Assembly: GCA_965224025.1 (NCBI GenBank)
Contig: CBDCYE010000001.1
Coordinates: 1-64,000, forward strand
DNA from: Candidatus Multivorans sp.
GTDB lineage: Bacteria > Acidobacteriota > Thermoanaerobaculia > Multivoradales > Multivoraceae
Direction of reading: 5' to 3'
DNA: 64,000 bases
Numbering within the stretch: position 1 is the stretch's first letter; each line of letters opens with the position of its first letter. Positions 28,511 to 38,253 of the stretch are shown here, piece after piece. The position numbers and the translations under genes are program-made. Below the pieces are notes generated by a model. The model was not told the origin of the DNA. It worked only from the letters and a program-made list of their open reading frames with translations, and ran no database searches.

Positions 28511-28541
28511 ATTTTATGGCACGCCTAACCGCTCGTGTCAA
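28511..28541 (-). promoter_or_regulatory. Sigma70-type promoter for the leader RNA/NYN unit
   Basis: Minus strand TTGACA (28541-28536)-N19-TAAAAT (28516-28511). The spacer is long. Confidence 0.6.
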
Positions 28542-28723
28542 GAGGCAAGTAAGGCTCCCTCCGGTGGGGGCATATCGCTGCGTATCGGATGTTGATGGGG
28601 TCGCTCCAGTTGCCCTCCAACGGACCGTGGCGCGGTGGCGCGGTGTCTTGGAGGGAAGTAGGCCGCTCTGGAGCCGGAGCGCCCGCACCTGAGCGGACCG
28701 GGACGAGAGGGCGGCTTGACCCC

Positions 28724-30151
28724 TCAGTACGCGTTCTTGGTCAGACCCCGGCGCAGGGTTAGCCACAGGATCTGGAAGTCGAGACGGAGACTCCAGTTCT
28801 CGATGTAGTAGAGGTCGTACTGGATCCGCTTGCTGATCGAGGTGTTGCCCCGCCAGCCGTGGACCTGGGCCCATCCGGTCAGCCCCGACTTCACGCGGTG
28901 GCGCAGCATGTACTGCGGGATCTCGCCGCGGAACTTGCGGACGAACGCGGGACGCTCGGGGCGGGGGCCGACGATCGACATGTCGCCGCGGAAGATGTTC
29001 CAGAGCTGGGGTAGCTCGTCGATCGACCAGCGCCGCAGGAAGGCGCCGATTCGGGTGCGACGGGGATCGTCCTCGACCGCCCACACCGGCCCGGTGGTGG
29101 ATTCGGCGCCCATCCGCATCGAGCGAAACTTGAGGATCATGAAGGAGCGGCCGTCGAGTCCCATCCGCTCCTGCCGGTAGAACAGCGGCCCGCGGTCCTC
29201 GAGCTTGATCAGCACCAGCACGATCGGCAGCAGGGGCAGCAGCACGGCCATCGCCGCCAGGGAGATGCCGATGTCCATTGTCCGCTTGGCCAGACTTGAC
29301 CAGCCCTCCATCGGCACGTGAGAGAGGTTGATGACCGGCGTGCCGTCCACGTCTTCCATGTCGGCGCGCAGCGTCGCGTACTGCAGGACGTTCGGCACCA
29401 GTCGGATCTCGATCAGCTCGTTGCCGATGCGGTCGAGCAGGTTGAGGATCTTCCGGTGCGCCTCGAACGGCAGGGCGATCATGAGCTGATCGACGTGGTG
29501 TCGCTCGATTGCTGCTTCCAGGTCGTCGAGAGTGCCGATCACGCTGACGCCGCTGACGCGCTCGGTGGATTGCTTGTCCGGGTCGTCGTCCAGGAAGCCC
29601 ACGACCTCGTAGCCAAGTTCCCGGTGCCGGACCAATTTGGCCGCGATCTCCTCGCCGCTGTCGCCGGCGCCGACGATCAGGATGCGGCGGACGTTGTGCC
29701 CTCGTCGCCGGACCACGCGCAGAGCGGCCCGGGTGACGAAGCGGAGCAGCGCGACCAGGAAGATGTCGCTGGCAGCGAACAGAGCGAAATAGGCGCGGCT
29801 GTAGGAGAAGGGGTCGTCGCTGCCGGCCTGAGTCACGCGGTCGAAGGTCAGGACCGCGGTCAGGATCACGAGCGCCAGGACGGTCGCGACGACGATGCTG
29901 ATCGCCTCGTCCACCCGGCTGTGTCCGCGGCGGATGCGGTAGAGGCCGTGGAAGTAGTAGACCGTGGGCCAGATCAGCAGGATGAAGGGCAGCATCCTGA
30001 GGTACGGCTCGAAGTCCGGCACCGACTTCGTCACTTCGATGACCGGCTGCACGAAGCGCAGGTACCAGGCCAGGAAGAAGGCGCCGACCGTGGCGGCGAT
30101 ATCGCCGGCGATGTTCAGCGTGGCGGTGACGCGGAGTCGCTTCTGGAGCAC
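28724..30151 (-). CDS. Undecaprenyl-phosphate glucose phosphotransferase (WcaJ-like)
   Basis: N-terminal TM helices, ILIVGAG, KFRSM, DELPQLWN, GDMSIVGPRPE and GLTGWAQV. Confidence 0.92.
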   Translation of the reverse strand: MLQKRLRVTATLNIAGDIAATVGAFFLAWYLRFVQPVIEVTKSVPDFEPYLRMLPFILLIWPTVYYFHGLYRIRRGHSRVDEAISIVVATVLALVILTAVLTFDRVTQAGSDDPFSYSRAYFALFAASDIFLVALLRFVTRAALRVVRRRGHNVRRILIVGAGDSGEEIAAKLVRHRELGYEVVGFLDDDPDKQSTERVSGVSVIGTLDDLEAAIERHHVDQLMIALPFEAHRKILNLLDRIGNELIEIRLVPNVLQYATLRADMEDVDGTPVINLSHVPMEGWSSLAKRTMDIGISLAAMAVLLPLLPIVLVLIKLEDRGPLFYRQERMGLDGRSFMILKFRSMRMGAESTTGPVWAVEDDPRRTRIGAFLRRWSIDELPQLWNIFRGDMSIVGPRPERPAFVRKFRGEIPQYMLRHRVKSGLTGWAQVHGWRGNTSISKRIQYDLYYIENWSLRLDFQILWLTLRRGLTKNAY

Positions 30152-30242
30152 GGTTCTGGGATCGTGGGGGTGTAGGGGCGCCCGACTCTGGCGGGCGCTG
30201 GATGTTAACAACCGGGCTAGGAGTGGCGCCGCGGGCCGGCGG

Positions 30243-31400
30243 TCAGTGTCCCGACTCCCCGAGCACGTTGCGGTAGATCGCGAGGGTGCTCTCGGCGGCG
30301 GTTTGCCACTGGAATCCGGCGGCGCGGGAGGCGGCGCGGTCGGCGAGCTGCCGGGCGTGGTCCCGGTCCATCATGCAGCGCTCGATGGCCCTCGCGATCT
30401 CCTCCACCTCGAGGGGATTGACGAGTTCCGCGTAACCTCTGGCGATCTCCTTGAGCGACGACGTGTTCGACGTGATCACAGGCGCCCGTGAGGCCATCGC
30501 CTCGACCACGGGCAGCCCGAAACCCTCGTACAGGGTGGGGTAGAGGAACAGGCTCGCGCCCTGGTAGAGCGCCGGAAGGGCGCGCGCCGGCACATGGCCG
30601 ACGAGTTGGACGTGGTCGCCGACCCCGAGCTGGCGGGCGCGGCGCTCGAGCTTGAAGTCGCTGCCGGGCCGCGCGCCGACGCAGACCAGGGGCGCTTCGA
30701 AGCCGGCCCGTGAACGGGCCCTGGCGTACGCCTTGATCACCCGGTTCAGGTTCTTGTGGGGCTTTGGGTTGCCGACGAACAGCAGGTACGGCTGCCGTAC
30801 ACCCACGTCCTTCAGGCGGGCGCCGAGCTCCTCCGCGCTGAGCAGTTGCCGGAAATGATCCTCGACGCCGTTGTACACGACCTTGATCTTCTCTTCCGGG
30901 ATGTCGAAGTAGTCGAGAACGTCGCTGCTCGTGTTCTGGGACACGGCAATGATCCGGTCGGCTCGGTTGACGCTGTGGCGAAACATGCGTTGAGCGTAGA
31001 GGGACGCCGCGCGACTCGGCAGGAAGCCGGGGTAGAGCAGGTGGATGATGTCGTGGATCGTGACCACGGTCGGACACGGAACGATCGCAGGCAGGACGTA
31101 GTGGGTGGCGTGGTAGAGGTCGAGGCGCGACCGCCAGATGCGCCAGGTCATCATCCCGATCTCGCGCAGCGAGTAGACCGGCGAGCGTTCGACGACGCAG
31201 CGGAAGTTCGCCGGCAGATCGACTCCGAAGTCGCGATCCTCGGGGCGGACGAACAGGACGTACTCATTCGGGGCAGCTTCCTGATTGGCGGCCGCTTCCT
31301 GTTCGGCCTCAATCCGGGCCAGACCGCGGATCAGATTGGAAACGTAAACGCCAATCCCGAAATCGCGCACTTTTCGAGCGTCGATGCCGATGCGGGCCAC
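30243..31400 (-). CDS. GT4 family glycosyltransferase
   Basis: VTIHD, HKNL and EGFGLPVVEAMA. Confidence 0.92.
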   Translation of the reverse strand: MARIGIDARKVRDFGIGVYVSNLIRGLARIEAEQEAAANQEAAPNEYVLFVRPEDRDFGVDLPANFRCVVERSPVYSLREIGMMTWRIWRSRLDLYHATHYVLPAIVPCPTVVTIHDIIHLLYPGFLPSRAASLYAQRMFRHSVNRADRIIAVSQNTSSDVLDYFDIPEEKIKVVYNGVEDHFRQLLSAEELGARLKDVGVRQPYLLFVGNPKPHKNLNRVIKAYARARSRAGFEAPLVCVGARPGSDFKLERRARQLGVGDHVQLVGHVPARALPALYQGASLFLYPTLYEGFGLPVVEAMASRAPVITSNTSSLKEIARGYAELVNPLEVEEIARAIERCMMDRDHARQLADRAASRAAGFQWQTAAESTLAIYRNVLGESGH

Positions 31401-31433
31401 AGGGCAAGCCTAGTTCACGGCGCGTGTCCGCGA

Positions 31434-31462
31434 TTGACAGTTGCCGCGACGATTCGTAGCCT
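31434..31462 (+). promoter_or_regulatory. Sigma70-type promoter of the yceD-rpmF-fab operon
   Basis: TTGACA-N17-TAGCCT. Confidence 0.6.
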
Positions 31463-31541
31463 CTCTGGTTTGCGCGGTTGCGCCTGGCCGGATTGCGCGG
31501 CGGCTTGAGTAGCGACGGCGGTACGCCTGACGGTGAATGGG

Positions 31542-32147
31542 ATGCACCTGCAGCTCGACCAAGCCCGCAAGGGCCCTGTGCATTGGCGCGAGGTCGTCCC
31601 GGCGGTTGCCGTGGACGTGCGCCGGGACGAGGCGCTCGTCCTCGGCAGCGTTGACTGCGAGGGCAGTCTGACGTTCACCGGCCCGGACTTCCTGCTCCAG
31701 GCGAGGTTGCGCTACCGCCAGAGGCTCAACTGCAACCGCTGCCTGACCGCATATGAGGAGGATGTCGACCTGCCGCTCACGTTCGTTGTAGCCGTTCGCC
31801 GCGAAGACGCGTCCAGCACGTCGGACGGCGCCGTGGACAGCGCCGGGGCCCGCGAACTGGAGGCGGAGGATCTCTCGGCGCTGTCCGCGGTGGACGGCGC
31901 GGTCGACCTCGGCGTCCTGGTGCGAGAGCAGGTCGAGCTGAACGTGCCCATGAAACCGATCTGCGATCCAGCCTGCCGCGGACTGTGTCCGCAGTGCGGA
32001 ACGGACTGGAACCGCGGGGAATGCACCTGCGCCAAGGACCAGGTCGACCCGCGCTGGTCGGCCTTGGAAGCGGTCCGTGAACGACTTGGCGGTAACCTGA
32101 CGCAGCCGCTGCAAACAAAGCTGAACACTCCAGAAAGGAACCCTTGA
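31542..32147 (+). CDS. yceD: DUF177/YceD family protein
   Basis: [23 protein letters not shown] and DPRWSAL; located upstream of rpmF. Confidence 0.9.
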   Translation: MHLQLDQARKGPVHWREVVPAVAVDVRRDEALVLGSVDCEGSLTFTGPDFLLQARLRYRQRLNCNRCLTAYEEDVDLPLTFVVAVRREDASSTSDGAVDSAGARELEAEDLSALSAVDGAVDLGVLVREQVELNVPMKPICDPACRGLCPQCGTDWNRGECTCAKDQVDPRWSALEAVRERLGGNLTQPLQTKLNTPERNP

Positions 32148-32148
32148 A

Positions 32149-32334
32149 ATGCCAAACCCCAAACGACGGCACTCGAAGGCGCGTCGCGACCGGAGACGGG
32201 CCCATGATGGGCTGAAGCGGCCCGCCGGCTCGTTGTGTCCGAACTGCGGCGAAACCAAGCAGCCGCACCGCGCCTGCAGTCACTGCGGCCACTATCGCGG
32301 TCGCGACGTGGTCGATATCGACGACGTTCTGTAG
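32149..32334 (+). CDS. rpmF: 50S ribosomal protein L32
   Basis: [19 protein letters not shown]...CPNCG...[11 protein letters not shown]. Confidence 0.97.
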   Translation: MPNPKRRHSKARRDRRRAHDGLKRPAGSLCPNCGETKQPHRACSHCGHYRGRDVVDIDDVL

Positions 32335-32380
32335 CCGGCAGTCTGGAGAGCGCTAGACTGGTGGTTTCCGAAGGACAGAG

Positions 32381-33451
32381 TTGGCCCTGAAATTGACGGA
32401 CCGAACCTCCACGCGAACTCCGACCGTGATCGCCGTTGACGCGATGGGCGGGGACGACGCACCCCGGGCCGTGGTTGAGGGCGCGCTGCTGGCGGCGCGT
32501 CGACGGAAGCTGCGGCTCCTCCTCGTGGGCCGCCGGCCGATCCTCGAGCAGGAGATCGAGAACTTCGAGCCCGGGCCTGCTGTCCGGGATCGGGTCGAGA
32601 TCGTGCATGCCGAGGAGGTCGTTGGCATGTGCGAGTCCGCGCTCGCGGTGCGACGCAAGCGCGACTCTTCGGTGCGCGTCTGTGCCCGCCTGGTCAAGGA
32701 TGGCCGGGCGCAGGCCATGGTGACCGCGGGCAACACCGGCGCCGCCCTGGTCGCCGGCAAGATGGTGATCGGCGTGGCGCCCGGTGTCGATCGACCGGCC
32801 CTCGCGGTGACCATGCCGCGGCGCGTCGGTCGAACCATCCTGCTGGACGCGGGCGCCAATGTCGACTCGAAGCCCGACCAACTCCGTCAGTTCGCGGTCA
32901 TGGGCCACTATCTGGCCCAGCAACTGCTGCGGATGAACTCGCCGCGGATCGGCCTGCTGTCGATCGGCGAGGAGGCCGGGAAGGGCACCGACCTGGTCCG
33001 CGAAGTGTTCAAGTCGCTCGACGCCACGGGACTCAACTTCGTCGGCAACGTCGAGGGCCGCGACGTGTTCAGCGGCACCACCGATGTCGTCGTCTGCGAC
33101 GGCTTCGTCGGCAACGCGATCCTGAAGAGCGCCGAGGCGCTCGCGGAGTTCGTGGGCGGCCAGTTGCGCGAGGAGATGGGGCGCACCCTCCGGTCGCGGC
33201 TCGGCTATCTGCTGGCCCGGCCCGCCTTCGACCGCTTCAAGAGCCGGATCGATTACAGCGAGTACGGCGGCGCGCCGCTGCTCGGCCTGCGCGGCGGTTG
33301 CTTCGTCGCCCACGGTCGTTCGTCCGCCCACGCGATCTGCAGCGCGGTGCAGCGCGCTGTGGAGTTCTGCGAGGCGGGCATCCACGTCAAGGTCAGCGCC
33401 AAGCTGTCGGAGGTTGCCTTCGAGGCGGCGCCAAAGGCGGTAGCGGGATGA
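32381..33451 (+). CDS. plsX: Phosphate acyltransferase PlsX
   Basis: IAVDAMGGD, AGNTGA, LDAGAN, CDGFVGN and GGAPLLGL. Confidence 0.96.
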   Translation: MALKLTDRTSTRTPTVIAVDAMGGDDAPRAVVEGALLAARRRKLRLLLVGRRPILEQEIENFEPGPAVRDRVEIVHAEEVVGMCESALAVRRKRDSSVRVCARLVKDGRAQAMVTAGNTGAALVAGKMVIGVAPGVDRPALAVTMPRRVGRTILLDAGANVDSKPDQLRQFAVMGHYLAQQLLRMNSPRIGLLSIGEEAGKGTDLVREVFKSLDATGLNFVGNVEGRDVFSGTTDVVVCDGFVGNAILKSAEALAEFVGGQLREEMGRTLRSRLGYLLARPAFDRFKSRIDYSEYGGAPLLGLRGGCFVAHGRSSAHAICSAVQRAVEFCEAGIHVKVSAKLSEVAFEAAPKAVAG

Positions 33452-34491
33452 CAAACGGACTCAGGCGAGCTTCTACCAACCATGCACGGCGGGTCTGGAT
33501 CGCCGGCACCGGCATGGCCGTGCCGGACAAGATCCTCACCAACGCCGACTTCGAGCGCATGATCGACACGTCGAACGAGTGGATCGTCGCCCGAACCGGC
33601 ATCCGCGAACGACGGGTCGCTACCGACGACGAGTACACGTCGGTCTTTGCTGTTCAAGCCGCACGCGAGGCGATGGAGATGGCGGGTGTGGCGCCCGCAG
33701 AGGTGGATCTCATCCTGATCTCGACGGTGACGCCGGACATGCCCTTCCCGTCCACTGCCTGCCTGGTGCAGGAAGAAATCGGTGCGAAGGATGCGACATC
33801 CTTCGATCTGAACGCGGGCTGCACGGGCTTCATCTACGGTCTTTCGGTCGGGCACCAGTACGTCGCCAGCGGCGCGGCCTCGACGGCTCTGGTGATCGGC
33901 GCCGAGTCGCTGACCAAGTACACGGACTACGAGGACCGCGCGACCTGCGTTCTGTTCGGCGACGGCGCGGGTGCGGTTGTGCTGCGCGGCGAAGACCCCC
34001 CGGCGCCGAGTTCGGAGAACGGGTTGCCGGGCGTCCTCTCCGTGGCGATCCACAGCGATGGTTCGCTGGCCCACCTGCTCGAGATGCCGGGCGGCGGCAG
34101 CCGCAATCCTCCGAACCGTCCGGAGACGTTGGAAGCGCGGCTGCCCTTCATCCGGATGCTCGGCAACGAGACCTTCAAGGTGGCGGTCCGCACCCTGGCC
34201 GAGGTCTCAGGCGAAGTGCTCGCCGACGCCGGCCAGGCGCCGCAAGACGTCAAGTGGCTCATTCCCCATCAGGCGAACCGCCGGATCATCGACGCCGTGG
34301 GCCGCCGGATCGACGTGCCCGCCGACCGCGTGTACGTCAACGTCGATCGTTACGGCAACACCTCGGCCGCGTCCATCCCGATCGCGCTCGACGAACTGAA
34401 CCGCGACGGGCGGATCGACTCCGGGGACCTGGTCCTGATGGCGGCCTTCGGCGCCGGGCTGACCTGGGGCGCCGCCGCAGTCCGCTTCTAG
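33448..34491 (+). CDS. fabH: 3-oxoacyl-ACP synthase III
   Basis: AGCTGF, LFGDGAGA, PHQAN, YGNTSAAS and FGAGLTWG. Confidence 0.96.
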   Translation: MTNGLRRASTNHARRVWIAGTGMAVPDKILTNADFERMIDTSNEWIVARTGIRERRVATDDEYTSVFAVQAAREAMEMAGVAPAEVDLILISTVTPDMPFPSTACLVQEEIGAKDATSFDLNAGCTGFIYGLSVGHQYVASGAASTALVIGAESLTKYTDYEDRATCVLFGDGAGAVVLRGEDPPAPSSENGLPGVLSVAIHSDGSLAHLLEMPGGGSRNPPNRPETLEARLPFIRMLGNETFKVAVRTLAEVSGEVLADAGQAPQDVKWLIPHQANRRIIDAVGRRIDVPADRVYVNVDRYGNTSAASIPIALDELNRDGRIDSGDLVLMAAFGAGLTWGAAAVRF

Positions 34492-34506
34492 TGTCCCGCC
34501 GCCGTC

Positions 34507-34553
34507 CCTTGGGAACGCGGGCGTCTCGCCCGCATCCGGCGCCAAGCGTCGGA
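34507..34553 (+). repeat. REP-like palindromic repeat (fabH-fabD spacer)
   Basis: CCTTGGGAACGCGGGCGTCTCGCCCGCATCCGGCGCCAAGCGTCGGA. Confidence 0.85.
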
Positions 34554-34573
34554 CTTTGGAATGGTCCTGTTGG

Positions 34574-35500
34574 ATGAGTGGGGTGGCGTACGTCTTTCCG
34601 GGCCAGGGCTCGCAGCGGGTCGGCATGGGCCGGGCGTTGGCTTTGGCCTTTCCGGAGGCGCGGGCGGTCTTCGAGGAAGCGGACGACACCCTCGGTTTCG
34701 CGCTTTCTGTGCTTTGCTTCGAGGGGCCTGAAGACGAGCTTCAACTGACGGCCAACACCCAGCCCGCGATTGTCGCCGCATCGGTAGCGGCGCTCCGCTG
34801 CTACCGGGCTCAGGGCCTGGAGACGGAGTCGCCGGACTTCGTCGCCGGTCACAGCCTGGGCGAGTACTCGGCCCTCGTCGCGGCCGGCGCGCTCGAACTC
34901 GGCGACGCTCTGCGCCTGGTCCGGGCCCGGGGCGAGGCCATGCAGAAGGCGGTGCCGGTGGGCGAGGGCGCGATGGCCGCTGTGCTTGGCCTGAGCGTCG
35001 AAGACACGGCGGAGGTCGCCGCCGAGGCCGCGGGCGACACCGGCGGTGTCTGCCAACTCGCCAACCTGAACGCGCCGGGGCAGATCGTGATCGCCGGCGC
35101 CAGCGAAACGGTGGAGCGGGCAATGGTGCTGGCGAGTGGCCGGGGCGCGCGCCGGGCGATTTCGCTGCCGGTTTCGGCACCTTTCCACTGCGCCCTGATG
35201 GCGCCGGCCCGCCAGGCGATGGCGCCGTTGATTCAGGCGGCGCCGATGGCGGACCCCCAGGTGCCGGTGGTCTGCAACGTGGATGCGGCGCCGGTGACAA
35301 GCGCTTCCGCGGCCAGGTACGCGCTGGTCCGGCAGATCGACGGCCCCGTGCGCTGGGCGGAGTCGGTGACGGTCATGGCGGCCGAAGGCGTCGGCCGGCT
35401 GATCGAGTTCGGTCCGGGTAAGGTGCTTTCCGGCCTCGCGCGGCGGATCGATCGAAAGCTGAAGGTCCGGTCGGTGGCCGAGCCGGGCGACATGGAGTGA
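34574..35500 (+). CDS. fabD: Malonyl-CoA:ACP transacylase
   Basis: FPGQGSQ, GHSLGEY and VSAPFH. Confidence 0.96.
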   Translation: MSGVAYVFPGQGSQRVGMGRALALAFPEARAVFEEADDTLGFALSVLCFEGPEDELQLTANTQPAIVAASVAALRCYRAQGLETESPDFVAGHSLGEYSALVAAGALELGDALRLVRARGEAMQKAVPVGEGAMAAVLGLSVEDTAEVAAEAAGDTGGVCQLANLNAPGQIVIAGASETVERAMVLASGRGARRAISLPVSAPFHCALMAPARQAMAPLIQAAPMADPQVPVVCNVDAAPVTSASAARYALVRQIDGPVRWAESVTVMAAEGVGRLIEFGPGKVLSGLARRIDRKLKVRSVAEPGDME

Positions 35501-36252
35501 CGACCGTGAGCATCTTCGATTTGAGCGGACGGACGGCGCTGGTCACCGGCGCCTCGCGCGGGATCGGCCGCGCCTGCGCCGTGCTGCTGGCGCGGCAGGG
35601 CGCCCGCGTGGTGCTGGCGGCCCGGAACGAGGAACTGCTGGGCGAAGTCGCCGCCGAGATCGCCGCCTCGGGAGGCGAGGCACACGCGATGGCGCTCGAT
35701 CTGGCCGATCACGAACAGGTACCCGGCGCGGTGCGGCAGCTTCCGAAGGAGTTCGCGGCGGTCGACATCCTGGTCAACAACGCCGGCATCACGGCCGACA
35801 ACCTGTTGGCCCGGATGACCCTGGACCAGTGGCAGCGGGTGCAGGACGTGAACCTGACCGGCGTCTTCGTCCTGACCAAGGCGCTCGTGCGGGGCATGAT
35901 GCGTCGCCGCTTCGGGCGGGTCGTTTCGGTGTCGTCGGTCGCCGGCGTGCTCGGCAACGCCGGGCAGGCGAACTACGCCGCCTCCAAGGCCGGGCTGATC
36001 GGGTTCAGCAAGTCCCTCGCCCGCGAGCTGCTGAGCCGGGGGATCACGGTGAACGTTGTCGCGCCGGGCTTCATCGAGACGGACATGACCGCCGCGATGC
36101 CGGAAGGCGCCGGCGAGCGCTTTCGGGAGCAGTACGGTGTGATGCGTCTCGGCACGGTGGATGACATTGCGCCCGCCGTGCTGTATCTGGCAAGCGACGA
36201 GGCGTCCTACGTCACCGGCGAAGTCCTGAGCGTCAGCGGCGGAATGACCTGA
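35497..36252 (+). CDS. fabG: 3-oxoacyl-ACP reductase
   Basis: [20 protein letters not shown] and PGFIETDMT. Confidence 0.95.
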   Translation: MTTVSIFDLSGRTALVTGASRGIGRACAVLLARQGARVVLAARNEELLGEVAAEIAASGGEAHAMALDLADHEQVPGAVRQLPKEFAAVDILVNNAGITADNLLARMTLDQWQRVQDVNLTGVFVLTKALVRGMMRRRFGRVVSVSSVAGVLGNAGQANYAASKAGLIGFSKSLARELLSRGITVNVVAPGFIETDMTAAMPEGAGERFREQYGVMRLGTVDDIAPAVLYLASDEASYVTGEVLSVSGGMT

Positions 36253-36358
36253 GAGACAACACCAGTTGGACGGATCGGCCTCGCGGTGGCATAGTCTCGC
36301 TCTGTCAGCGGGCCGGAAAACGCCAAACCTGCGCCATCACCCCCAAAGAGGAACCAGA

Positions 36359-36598
36359 ATGTCCGTAGTCCAAAAGGTCAATAGCATCATTGTCGAGCAG
36401 CTCGGAGTCGATGCCGACGAAGTCACTCCGCAGGCCAGTTTCACCGACGACCTCGGTGCGGACTCGCTCGACATCGTCGAGTTGGTCATGGCCTTCGAGG
36501 AGGAGTTCGGCATCGAGATCCCCGATGAGGATGCCGAGAAGATCGGCTCCGTCAAGGAAGCCACCGACTACATCCAGGCGCACGGGGGCGACAACTAG
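36359..36598 (+). CDS. acpP: Acyl carrier protein
   Basis: [20 protein letters not shown]. Confidence 0.97.
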   Translation: MSVVQKVNSIIVEQLGVDADEVTPQASFTDDLGADSLDIVELVMAFEEEFGIEIPDEDAEKIGSVKEATDYIQAHGGDN

Positions 36599-36751
36599 CG
36601 AGCTGGCTCCGGCCGCCCCGAGCGGGTCCGCTGACAGCGCCGCCAAACCCGTCGCAGACTCCGTGTTTGGCCCCATCTCCCACCTCTCCAGTTGGCCGCG
36701 CCGCCGAACGCAACGGAGTGCATTCGGCGGCGCAGCCAACTGGACGGATTC

Positions 36752-37993
<1,242 letters not shown>

Positions 37994-38002
37994 CGCTATC
38001 CC

Positions 38003-38032
38003 TTGACACCCCAAGGCCTTCCGGTGTCTAAT
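38003..38032 (+). promoter_or_regulatory. Sigma70-type promoter of the aro-his-trp operon
   Basis: TTGACA-N18-TCTAAT just after the fabF stop. Confidence 0.65.
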
Positions 38033-38076
38033 CCGGCGTTCCGGTACATTCCGGTCCCCGGAACCCGCACCACGCC

Positions 38077-38172
38077 ATGAACTCACAGGCCAGCGACAGC
38101 GCGATCACGATGCCCACGGTTACCGGCGTCGTTGCGCAGGCTTGGTGGGCTCACGGTCACGGCAAGGGCTGA
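38077..38172 (+). CDS. Putative Trp/His leader peptide MNSQASDSAITMPTVTGVVAQAWWAHGHGKG
   Basis: ATG at 38077 (alternative at 38110); TGG TGG at 38143-38148; CAC GGT CAC at 38152-38160; TGA at 38170. It lies between the promoter and the first biosynthetic gene. Confidence 0.75.
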   Translation: MNSQASDSAITMPTVTGVVAQAWWAHGHGKG

Positions 38173-38221
38173 AAACCGGGCCAAGTCCCGGTAAGTGGTC
38201 CGGGACGAGGGTGAGCGAGAA

Positions 38222-38247
38222 GACCTCCTTCCGGATCGAAGGAGGTC
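38222..38247 (+). promoter_or_regulatory. RBS-sequestering attenuator hairpin
   Basis: GACCTCCTTC-cggatc-GAAGGAGGTC. The 3' arm holds AAGGAGG 8 nt before TTG 38254. There is no U-tract. Confidence 0.7.
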
Positions 38248-38253
38248 ATCAGT

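Noticed and set aside
28600-28720. tRNA or att site at the island edge
   Set aside because: There is a hairpin (CCCTCCAA/TTGGAGGG) but no cloverleaf, T-loop or matching direct repeat at the other island end.
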